Below are positions 53,747 to 64,000 of a DNA stretch of 64,000 nt, in pieces. The DNA is from Anthoceros angustus. Its lineage: Eukaryota; Plantae; Anthocerotophyta. Position 1 is the first letter of the stretch. Each line of letters starts with the position of its first letter. Position numbers and translations under genes: made by a program. The notes below the pieces were generated by a model. The model saw only the letters and a list, made by a program, of their open reading frames with translations. It was not told the DNA's origin and searched no databases. The stretch is taken from contig MU008155.1 in the NCBI GenBank assembly GCA_010909165.1, positions 2,418,001 through 2,482,000 on the forward strand, read 5' to 3'.

Positions 53747-55255
53747 AGTTAGAATCAAACTTACTCAACTATATCAAATGCTATTAAACATTGTTTTACG
53801 TCTTACCTTCATGACGTGCCTAAACCTCACTTTGATCGACCATCTAAGACCCCCATCTCCACAACACTCCCCTCGTTCGATCCGTTCTTCGTTCTCGCTA
53901 CATGGCGTCCATCGGGCATGCTTCTGCAGGCATTCCTCGGCATCCTCTCGACCATCTGGTGGCTTCTCAAGCTCGCGACTCACGATCTCGCTATGAGCCA
54001 AAAATTGAAAGCCTCGAGCAAGCTGGAGTAGCCGGGCCTGAGATCCAGGCGCACCCGGTGTTAGACACATGGAAGAGCCGCTTGCGGTCGGCGCAGATGC
54101 ATGGCGGGCGTAAGTATAGAAAGGTTTAGAATTGCGAACTCCAACCTTTGCCTCCTGGATGGCGGTGAGAAGAGCTTATGAAGAGTGGTGATCAAGGTGT
54201 GTGGCGAGGTCAACGCCTTCCCTCAAGGTTCGCCGAGGGAGCTCGAGCTCCATCACCCGGATAAGCTTCCTTGCTCGAGTCCTATACCTCTTACATGCTT
54301 CTCGTGGAGTACCTTGACATGCCTTGGTGCGAGGTCCGATTTGTTATCGCCAATGATCGACATCATGGGCTGCTAAACGCTATGAGCAACCACCGTGGGA
54401 TGAAATGGTGTTGTATCTCCACATGTTTGGTCCTTGTGTGCGGGGTTGGGTTGTAGGTCATGGCAATTGCATCTTGATGGTCGCATAGTAGTTTGGTTGG
54501 TTGATCCGCCTCCTCGGATGTCGCCGAGAATTGTCGAATCCAAGGAATCTCCTTTTGCCGCTAGGGAAGTTGCTGGCATCCGCCGGTGGAGGCGGGCACC
54601 TGCAAGCAATTGCATCCCTGTGAGACTAACCGTTGTTGAGGATCATGCAAGAAGTCATGCGGTAGACTTACATCATCCGGATCTCCCCGATGCATTTGAG
54701 TAGGAGGTTAACTAGTACAAGCTTGTCGGAAGTGGTGTTTTTGTATACAAGTCCAAGGGATTTGCAGCCCTTCAAGTAGCGGAGGATGCGCTGACGCTAG
54801 TCCAAAGGGCTCTCCCATGGTTGGAGAGGTATCTTGATGCAATATTCACACTGTGACATATGTCCGCCCGTCCACATTGCCAAATAGAGTAGGCTAGCCT
54901 ACTCCAGAGGGCACTTGGGACATCTCATGAGCTTCTTCCGAGTTGTGGGGCGTCATCGCGGATAGCTTCTCGGAAGCAATAGGAGTGGAGGCGGCTTGGC
55001 ATCGCTCGGCTTCAATCTCTCCAGTCGACGGTCGGCGGTGTCCCCGACGGATGAACAGAAGCCGTGTATGCATGAACCGCACATCGAGAGCGTCATCAAG
55101 GGGTCCCTTGAGTGCGACGGTGCAATGATTACCTACGAAAGTGATTGTAAGGTGGTGTTTAGTTGCTAGCTTGCACACTAATAGCAAGTTCTTGGTCATT
55201 GCACGTGAGAACGCCATTAATGGTGAGCGCTCTCCATCTTCCCTTCCCTTCCCTA
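53747..55255 (-). mobile_element. Copia RT-RH-LTR remnant
   Basis: Same sequence as other units. Confidence 0.85.
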
Positions 55256-55871
55256 TACGATGGCTTCACGATAAGCTCACATGCATAGAATAAATATTAT
55301 TTTGATAAATTAAAATAATGTAGATATAAACTAATATTTACATAAATCATGAATATTACTATTTTCATTTAGATATTATAAAGTTAATCAGATTGTACTA
55401 TAATAAATACTAAAATACAATATAGTAACCCTTTACCTATTGAAAAACTTATTTAATAATCTATTAATAAATAAAATCTCAAACTCATCGAAATATGGGA
55501 CATGGGGCATGGAACTCGTTTTTCTATTTGGGCTATATATGTATGAGCCCCACCATCTATATTCAAACATGATATATCCAATCTCATTGTATGATAAAGA
55601 ATACTATGGGACATAGTGCATGGAACCCATTTTCCTATTTGGGCTATATATGTATGTGAGCCCCACTATATTCAAACATCATATATCCAATCTTGATGTA
55701 TGCTAAAGAATATCATTATCACCCATTCTTTTGAATTTTATTAGAATGTTTAGTTTTCTCATGGTTCTCTCTTGAGAGGTTATCATTAGTTTGATCTGTC
55801 AGAGTTACCTATCCATATTCCTTTGGGTTCTTTCTTTATTCTTATTTGCCTTTGGTCCTTTCTAGTCTATT

Positions 55872-57160
55872 ATGGCTAATGATGATGCTCCGTTAGCGTT
55901 GTACCTTACACATGGGTGGATGATTCCTAGAATCGGATGCCACATTGGTTTCTACATTGAAGACGCAAGGAAGCATGAGGATGAGGTCAGGTGGCGCCCT
56001 TCCTTACCTTGGAACTTCCAAGCTAAAGACCCTTCCGGACCGCTTTCTAAGTATACCTTGAAGTTGGTAGACGTGGTCGATTTGATCATGGAAGTCAAGC
56101 AAAGAAGACCTCAACCACCTCCCACCATGGTCGATCTAGAAAGGATGATGACGTATGTAGGTGGAAGCACCACCATCCCTAAGGCGCAACAAAATAGCGC
56201 GAGCACCGGGAGTGAAGACGCGCTTTACAGCATGGTGATGGAGGAGGTCCGGACACGAGGTATCACGAGTGCATTGGCATTCTATTCACAAGTCGTATAA
56301 TGTGTATCGATGGCACGCTACGTGCCGACTCGCTCGTGAAGAAGTTCCACCAGTTCATTTGGGGCGATTCGAAAGGACATAGATGTCCCAGTTCGACTTG
56401 GTGCAAATCAAGTTGTTTTATGTGGCTTCAAGCGTGAATACGAGTGAAGCTCAACTTCAAAGATCCTCGCATCCTTAGAGACATATCTACAGGTGCTGCC
56501 GGATTGGGTGGCCATCACAGATTGGCGGAAGTAATAGGGTTTGTGAGGATGGAAGTTCAACAAAGCGCAAATTCTTCTCCTGTGCGTGCATCCGGATCTC
56601 CGCCCGATGCATTTGAGTAGGAGGTTAACTAGTACAAGCTTCTTTGGAAGTGGTGTTTTTGTATACAAGTCCAAGGGATTTGCAGCCCTTCAAGTAGCGG
56701 AGGATGCGCAGCTAGTCCGATGGGCTCTCCCATGGTTGGAGAGGTATCTTGATGCAATATTCACACTGTGACATGGCCCGGTCCACATTGCCAAATAGAG
56801 TAGGCTAGACGGCCTCAGAGGGGCACTTGGGACATCTCATGAGCTTCTTCCGGGTTGTGGGGCGTCATCGGCGGATAGCTTCTCGGAAGCAATAGGAGTG
56901 GAGACGGCTTGGCATCGCTCGGCTTCAATCTCCAGTCGGCCGCAGTGTCCACAGCGGATGAACAGGCGCCCGGGTGCATGGCGCACATCGAGGCGTCAAG
57001 GGGTCCCTTGAGTGCCAGACGTTGCAATGATTACCTACAGTGATTGTAAGGTGGTGTTTAGTTGCTAGCTTGCACACTAATAGCAAGTTCTTGGTCATTG
57101 CAGCACGTGAGAACGCCATTAATGGTGAGCGCTCTCCATCTTCCCTTCCCTTCCCTATCG
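55872..57160. other. Deleted unit: 5' part of ORF-A (55872-~56588) fused directly to the Copia RT part
   Basis: Junction TTCTCCTGTGCGTGCATCCGGATC; ~2 kb of the unit is missing. Confidence 0.8.
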
Positions 57161-57781
57161 ATGGCTTCACGATAAGCTCACATGCATAGAATAAATATTA
57201 TTTTGATAAATTAAAATAATGTACAGATATAAACTAATATTTACATAAATCATGAATATTACTATTTTCATTTAGATATTATAATAAACTTAATCAGATT
57301 GTACTATAATAAATACTAAAATACAATATAGTAACCCTTTACCTATTGAAAAACTTATTTAATAATCTATTAATAAATAAAATCTCAAACTCATCGAAAT
57401 ATGGGACATGGGGCATGGAACTCGTTTTTCTATTTGGGCTATATATGTATGTGAGCCCCACCATCTATATTCAAACATGATATATCCAATCTCATTGTAT
57501 GATAAAGAATACTATGGGACATAGTGCATGGAACCCATTTTCCTATTTGGGCTATATATATGTATGTGAGCCCCACTATATTCAAACATCATATATCCAA
57601 TCTTGATGTATGCTAAAGAATATCATTATCACCCATTCTTTTGAATTTTATTAGAATGTTTAGTTTTCTCATGGTTCTCTCTTGAGGAGGTTATCATTAG
57701 TTTGATCTGTAGAGTTACCTATCCATATTCCTTTGGGTTCTTTCTTTATTCTTATTTGCCTTTGGTCCTTTCTAGTCTATT

Positions 57782-58773
57782 ATGGCTAATGATGATGCTC
57801 CGTTAGCGTTGTACCTTACACATGGGTGGGATTCTAGAATCGGATGCCACATTGGTTTCTACATTGAAGACGCAAGGAAGCATGAGGATGAGGTGGTGAC
57901 GCTCCTTCCTTACCTTGGAACTTCCAAGCTAAAGACCCTTCCGGACCGCTTTCTAAGTATACCTTGAAGTTGGTAGACGTGGTCGATTTGATCATGGAAG
58001 TCAAGCAAAGAAGACCAACCTCCCACCATGGTCGATCTAGAAAGGATGATGACGTATGTAGGTGGAAGCACCACCATCCCTAAGGCGCAACAAAATAGCG
58101 CGAGCACCGGGAGTGAAGACGCGCTTTACAGCATGGTGATGGAGGAGGTCCGTATACGAGGTATCACGAGTGCATTGGCATTCTATTCACAAGTCGTATA
58201 ATGTGTATCGATGGCACGCTACGTCCGACTCCATCGTGAAGAAGTTCCACCAGTTCATTTGGGGCGATTCGAAAGGACATAGATGTCCCAGTTCGACTTG
58301 GTGCAAATCTTGTTTTATGTGGCTTCAAGCGTGAATACGAGTGAAGCTCAACTTCAAGATCCTCGCATCCTTAGAGACATATCTACAGGTGCTGCCGGAT
58401 TGGGTGGCCATCACAGATTGGCGGAAGTAATAGGGTTTGTGAGGATGGAAGTTCAACAAAGCGCAAATTCTTCTCCTGTGCGTGCATGGAGGCCTTCCAC
58501 ATGGTGTGTGTATCAGAAGAAGAGATGAAACAACCGCAGATGTGCCAAAAGATGCTCGTAGGAGACCACATATGAGGCTTCGTTTTGAGAACACTAGGCC
58601 AATAGGTACGGTCCAAAGAAGTTGTTGAGGTTGAGGGGCACCATTCTAGCACCAAAACCTACAATTGTTGGTATAAAAAGAGGAAGCCGAAAAATACGAC
58701 CGTAGAAGCGATCATAATGAAATGGGATGATACCAAGGAGCTCAATCATCCCTCACAGTTATTTGGTTGAGCT
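57782..58773 (+). CDS. ORF-A copy
   Basis: Same sequence as 1277-2290. Confidence 0.4.
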
Positions 58774-59890
58774 GTGCTCACCAAGTTCCAGTTGGAGTCA
58801 GCCTGCATAGCCGGTGAGTGCCTCGGCTGGCGGAAGAAATCCTTGGTTCATCCATCCATCCGGCTCCGAACCCACAAGAAAGTACTCTAGCGCCTTGAGC
58901 TCACAAGAAAGTATTTGCGCCTTCAAACTCACGGACCAATACTAGTGCCTTCCAACTCACAGGATAATAGTCTAGCGCCTTCAAACTCACAGGACCCATA
59001 CTCTCTTCCAACTACGAGGATAATACTCTAGCCTTCAAACTCATAGAAAAATATTCTAGTGCCTTCCAACCTGCTGTGATAATACTCTACGCCTTCAAAC
59101 TGTAAAAATATATTTGGCCTTCTTAGATCCATTGTTAAATACTCTAACGCCTTGACTCACACTAGGAGTTCAACACGCCATGGCTCACTCACCTCGGGAG
59201 GTCACTATGTGAGAAACTTTGCCTAATTGAGCAACATAAGTCGCCAAGGGAGTGTGGATCGCGCATTGGGAGAGGGAAAAGGCATGAGGATCGAGAGGGA
59301 GAGAAGGAAGAGAGAGGTATGTAGAGAAGATATGGGTGAAAAAAGGATAACATGAGAAAACAATATAAATATGAAGAAGAGAAGGGGAAAATGGGAAAAT
59401 GGGAAGGAGAAACAAAAGAAATGAGAGGATATGGAGAAATAGTAAAGAATCTTCCTCTTGGAGGAATGTTTTATTGAAAGGCAAAAAAAATGGTATATAC
59501 ACGCCGAGTGAGTTGTAATCGTTCATCGAGCGCTGAGAATGTCAAACTTACTCAACTATATCAAATGCTATTAAACATTGTTTTACGCCTTACCTTCATG
59601 AACGTGCCCTAAACCTCACTTTGATCACCAGCCTAAGACCCCCATCTCCACAACACTCCCCTCGTTCGATCCGAAGTTCTTCGTTCTACGCCATGATGGC
59701 GCCCATCGGGCATGCTTCTGCTGTTCCTCGGCATCCTCTCGACCATCCGGTGGCTTCTCAAGCTCGCGACTCACCGATCTCACTATGAGCCAAAAATTGA
59801 AAGCCTCGAGCAATGGAGTAGCCAGCATGATCCGAAAAGAGCGCAGCCTGTTCAACACGCAAGAGCCGCAGCCGCAAGATGCATGGCGGA

Positions 59891-60144
59891 TGAAATAGGT
59901 CTAGATTAGGGCACTATTCATTAGGGCCTCATAAATTAAACATTATTCTACCTAGGGTTATTTAGGTAGTTAGTAGTTATATTAGTTATATTAGTTACAA
60001 CAACTTACGGTTGCAACTACTTATGGTTGCAACCATTTATGGTTGTAACCACCCAACTACCCAGCCTATTTAAAGGCTTGTACTTTACTCATTAATTACT
60101 TACATTGTTTCTTCTTCTTCTAATCTAAGAGCTACAGATTCTCA
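59891..60144 (+). mobile_element. 5' LTR (~254 bp)
   Basis: Starts TGAAAT exactly where array homology stops and ends ATTCTCA just before the PBS. CTATTTAAA TATA-like box at ~60066. Confidence 0.85.
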
Positions 60145-60147
60145 TCA

Positions 60148-60159
60148 TGGTATCAGAGC
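60148..60159 (+). other. Primer-binding site, tRNA-iMet
   Basis: TGGTATCAGAGC. Confidence 0.95.
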
Positions 60160-60917
60160 ATCGTTGCTCTCTTGCGTATGCTTATGTTTCTTATATATGA
60201 GGAGATTATTTACAAGGCACTCTTAAATCTAGCATTCGTCTAGATGGAGTGCTATTGTTCTACATTCTCTATTTCACCAATTCTTCATCTCTTCCTTTAA
60301 CATGCTTATATGTTTCAATCTTCTATAATTTCTCCATGGACTTCAATTCTATTAGAAGGAGAAAGCGAAGGTTAAAAGGAAAGAGAATCTCATTAGGCAA
60401 CAAGCTATTGAGAGTGAAATAGAACAAATCTCTTCATCTATAGCAAATTTCATTGCATCAATTTTATTTCCAAAACCGGATCAAGGGAAGCTTATCAAGT
60501 TATCAAGATGTCATTTACTTGAATACTTCAGCCCTATTCATATTAAAGCTTTGGAATTGGCCCTTAACCATATTCCAAATTTAATAATTGGATTAAGTTC
60601 TTCCCCTCTGTTTTGACAAATAAAAATAGAATTCAAACTCCATCTCTTCATGATTTTTATAATCAATTTTCATCTCTTAAAATTCGTCTCTAATCTTCAA
60701 ACTGAATTATTTGATTTGAAATCAAAATTTTCTTTGCTTCGAGTTTAATACTAATCAAGGATTAGAGAGTATGTCATCATCTCCAAACGTAGCGATGGAT
60801 GAATTCTATATGTGCAATAAAATTGAGCATAAGCCTTACATATGACTTTGTCCTTTAAGGACGATTAGCTATGGCGGAGTGATTGAAGAAGAATTTGAAG
60901 CTACCCAAAACTCGCCT

Positions 60918-63900
60918 ATGGGTAATGATAATGTCCATCCTCCCACACATTATCATTTTGGTGATGGTTTCAAAGAGAAAGATAGATTCAACGGAAAGAT
61001 TATGATATTTGGGCATTACGTGCGAGGAGCATTGAGACAAAGAGCATTATGGGGTATTGTTGATGGATCCATAACGAGACCGAGGTCCGATGATGAACGA
61101 GAACTTGATTTCTGGACGCCTTGAGGATGAGAAGGCACAAGATTTATTAATAAGTGGACTCTCTCAACAAATGGTCAGGCATGTTGCACACGCAAAAACA
61201 TCTCATGAAATGTGGTCTCACCTTACTCAATTATATTCATCACAAGATGTAATGAGCATTGTGGCAGCTTCTCGTAACTTTCGTAATTTATTTATGAAAG
61301 AATCCGATACTATCGAACATCATATTAATGCTTTTAGACAAGCACGTTCCCAAGTTGAATCTGCAACTGGTGTACCTATATCCGAGATGGAAGCTTTACG
61401 TCACCTTCTATCTTCATTGCCTCCCTCCTATCGTCCATTCATCACTACTCAAACGCAGTTATTCGCAATTCACGGAGAACCTGCAGATGATGGCACAAAG
61501 GTTTGACATAAGTGTTTACAGGATCGAGCACTTCTCCGAGGAGGAGGCAAGTAGGCGCCATTCTCACTCCAGCCTAATAAACAACAAGTAATGTACTTGC
61601 AGAGGGTAGAGGAAGAGGGACGAGGCGAGGCCGAGGTTACTCTTCGCCTCCATATTCTTCGCCAAGTCGAACATTGGAGAAAGCTCTTCATCGACACCTT
61701 CAAAGGGTAAGAAGAAGAGCGGCATATATGCAATTGGTGTAGGATCCCTAACCATATGGAAAAGGATTGTCACAAAGAAGAATGGTGAACCTCGAGGAGG
61801 CTTCACATGGAGTTAATGTAGCATCTAAAAAGCAAACTTCATCAACTCCAACGATTGCTCCATGTTTGGCATCATCCAAGCCTGCTAATACCTCCGGTAT
61901 TTAGGCGGTGGAGCAACATCACATATATGTTACAACAAAAGTTATTTTCAATCATACTCACCAACCACGGGCACCAAGTCGTCCTCTTGGGAGATGATCA
62001 CAACTTATCGAAGTCGGTTACATTGTCGACATGTGATTCGGACAAGTCCTTCACCTCCACCAAGTACTCCATGTTCCATTAATGTGCAAGAATTTATTAT
62101 CGTTGCAAGTATTTGTCAAACCCATTCCATGCGGTGACCCTTTTACAGATAGTTGCTTTCTCTCTCATGTAGGTGATAGCAATCATATTATTTGTAGTGG
62201 TACTTTAGAAGATGGCCTTTATAGATTGTCATCCTAGTAGGAGGTCAACAATCGCTTATGTCACCGCTTCTTCTCCCAAAGTCCCCTCCATCAATGTTAT
62301 GGCATTGTCGCCTTGGTCACCCAAATAGTCAAAAACTCACCCGGATGTCTAAGGAAACTTTTAAAACCCATGTCTTGCAAATGTTGGGCATTTATCCTGT
62401 GCGAAACTTGTGTCCTCACAAAGCGTCACCAAGAGCCTTTTAAAACAAATCTCCACAAAGGGCAAAGAAACCTTTAGAGATAGTGCATACGGACATCATG
62501 GACCTCTATCTACATCTTCCTTTAGTGGAAGTAGGTATTTTTGACTTTTATAGATGATTTTTCCCGTTTGTCTCCTCCTATGTCTTGCAACACAAGTCCG
62601 ATGCTTTTCAATTTTTCAAAGATTATATGAAATGGAGAGACTTACATTATCGAAAACATTACGTTCGACAATGGAGGTGAATTTACATCTAATCGATTTG
62701 AGGAGTTTTGTCGAGCAAGGTATTGCTCAACAACTCACTTGTCTATACTCCTCAACAAAATGGGATAGCGAAAATAAAAATCTGCGTTTACAAGAGATAA
62801 CAGTTGCTTATTAACACAGCAAGTTGCCTAAGGTTTATTAATGAGGCCCTTCTTACAACCTATCTTATCAATCGCTTACCTACATCGGTACCATGACGCC
62901 TTATGAAGCGTTATTGGCAAGAAACCGTCCATTGATCATCTTCAGTATTTTTGGATCACCGCATATGTTTTCATTCCTAAAGCATTACGTAAGAAGTTGG
63001 ATCCCAAGGCAGCCAAGTATCTTTTCATAGGATATATCAAGGCATTAAAGGGTATAAGTTATATAACCCTTCAACAAGACAACTTCTTTATGCTCGGAGT
63101 GTTACATTCCATGAGTCTTACCTCTTTTCTCCAACAGTGGGAGTTGAAGTCGTTGACTCACGATGATGCTAATGATTTTCTACATTTGATGATCCTAATC
63201 CCTTCCTTTCCTTGTCCCTACTCCTCGTGTTCCTTCTGACCCCATGCTGCAGGAGGAGGAGGAGCCTCTTCCACCTTCATCCGATCCCCTTGAGGCCATT
63301 TCAAGATGCTATACCTCCTGTTCAAGATGATAATGATCGGTTGGAAGGCGATGATCAAGAAATGGATCCCTTAGAACAAGAAGATGAACCGGTTCTGTGG
63401 AAGACACACACACCAAGGTACAACCTTAGATCACGTCCACTCATCTCGGCCCTGCTGTTGGAAAGAACCCCTTTGGGATACCTTGCTATTTTTCCCGATT
63501 CTAATTCTCACGAGTCCCTTTATAATCAAGCTGTATGTACAGAGACTTAGAAGAGCCTCTTACCCTAAAACAAGCCTTCTCTTCTCCTCCAAACATCTAT
63601 GGAAGGAAGTCAGATTCGAGTATAATTCCCTCATTAGTAATTCTACATGGGAATTAGTTGAACCTCCTAAGGGTAGAAAAATAGTAACCAGCAAATGGGT
63701 ATTTAAGATAAAGAGAAAAGGAGATGGATCCGTGGAAAGGTATAAAGCACGTCTAGTTGCTAGAGGTTTTACCCAAATCCACGGACTAGACTATATACCT
63801 TGGGCCACTTATGCTCCTAGCCAAGTTTGCACTCTTAGCATGATCTTCGCTATATGTGCCCGACGATCTTGAACTTCATATGATGGATGTGAAGACAGAT

Positions 63901-64000
63901 ATTTGTATGGGCGCTTGAAAGAAGAAATATACATGAAGCAACGAGGGTTATGAAGTAAAAGGCAAGGAGCATTTAGTATGTAAATTGATCAAGGGTCTAT
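60918..64000 (+). pseudogene. Copia gag-pol polyprotein (frameshifted in this assembly)
   Basis: gag: RFNGK..ALWGIVDG and KTSHEMWSHL. Zinc knuckle CNWCRIPNHMEKDC (61729-61770). Protease-like GATSHIC. LWHCRLGHP. Integrase: PLEIVHTD, FIDDFSR, NGGEF, PQQNG. KLDPKA. RT: TWELVEPP..KWVFKIK..YKARLVARGFTQ. Confidence 0.93.

Larger units (their letters stand above)
1..59890. repeat. Tandem macrosatellite array of a ~3.9-kb composite unit (~13-14 copies plus partial copies)
   Basis: The marker AATAAATATTATTTTGATAAATT recurs at ~147, 690, 6445, 11890, 15780, 24809, 28704, 32713, 41088, 42717, 46604, 51369, 55289 and 57190. Uninterrupted spacings are ~3.9 kb and module order is the same in each unit. 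Confidence 0.97.
59891..64000 (+). mobile_element. Ty1/Copia LTR retrotransposon (distinct from the unit-embedded one), runs off the window end
   Basis: LTR, PBS, and the Copia domain order gag-PR-INT-RT. Confidence 0.97.

Noticed and set aside
1-59890. RIP-like or diversity-generating retroelement hypervariation among copies
   Set aside because: Changes are indel-rich at CG/CHG rather than C>T or adenine-specific. The RT is a truncated Copia type with no template/variable repeat pair.
1-59890. Helitron tandem array
   Set aside because: No Rep/helicase motifs and no convincing terminal hairpin plus CTRR end identified by eye; not fully excluded.
482-59909. The many 60-140 aa ORFs in the supplied track as separate genes
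   Set aside because: They are alternative-frame or antisense fragments of the same few repeated modules.

Overview
Eukaryotic, plant-like repetitive DNA. About 55 of the 64 kb is a head-to-tail tandem array of a ~3.9-kb unit. Clean periods are about 3890, 3895, 3887 and 3920 bp, and there are ~13-14 copies plus many partial ones. Each unit has five parts: (1) a very AT-rich spacer with a ~113-bp dimer; (2) a ~1-kb + strand reading frame of unrecognised family (ORF-A, MANDDAPLALYLTHGW...); (3) an ordered block of 8-10 30-bp minisatellite monomers; (4) a purine-rich tract; (5) on the - strand, the 3' end of a Ty1/Copia element (partial RT, RNase H, PPT, ~460-bp LTR). The array is interrupted by a ~5.1-kb gag/pol-less insert at ~16550-21690 that resembles the 3' part of a Ty3/Gypsy element. 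It ends where a different Copia element (LTR, Met-PBS, gag-PR-INT-RT) is inserted at 59891. Differences between copies are mostly small indels and miscalls at CG/CHG sites, while the rest is near-identical. This looks like long-read basecalling error on methylated DNA, so frameshifts and some internal rearrangements may be artefacts. No rRNA, tRNA, CRISPR or recognisable host gene was found. Coordinates were read by eye and are approximate.
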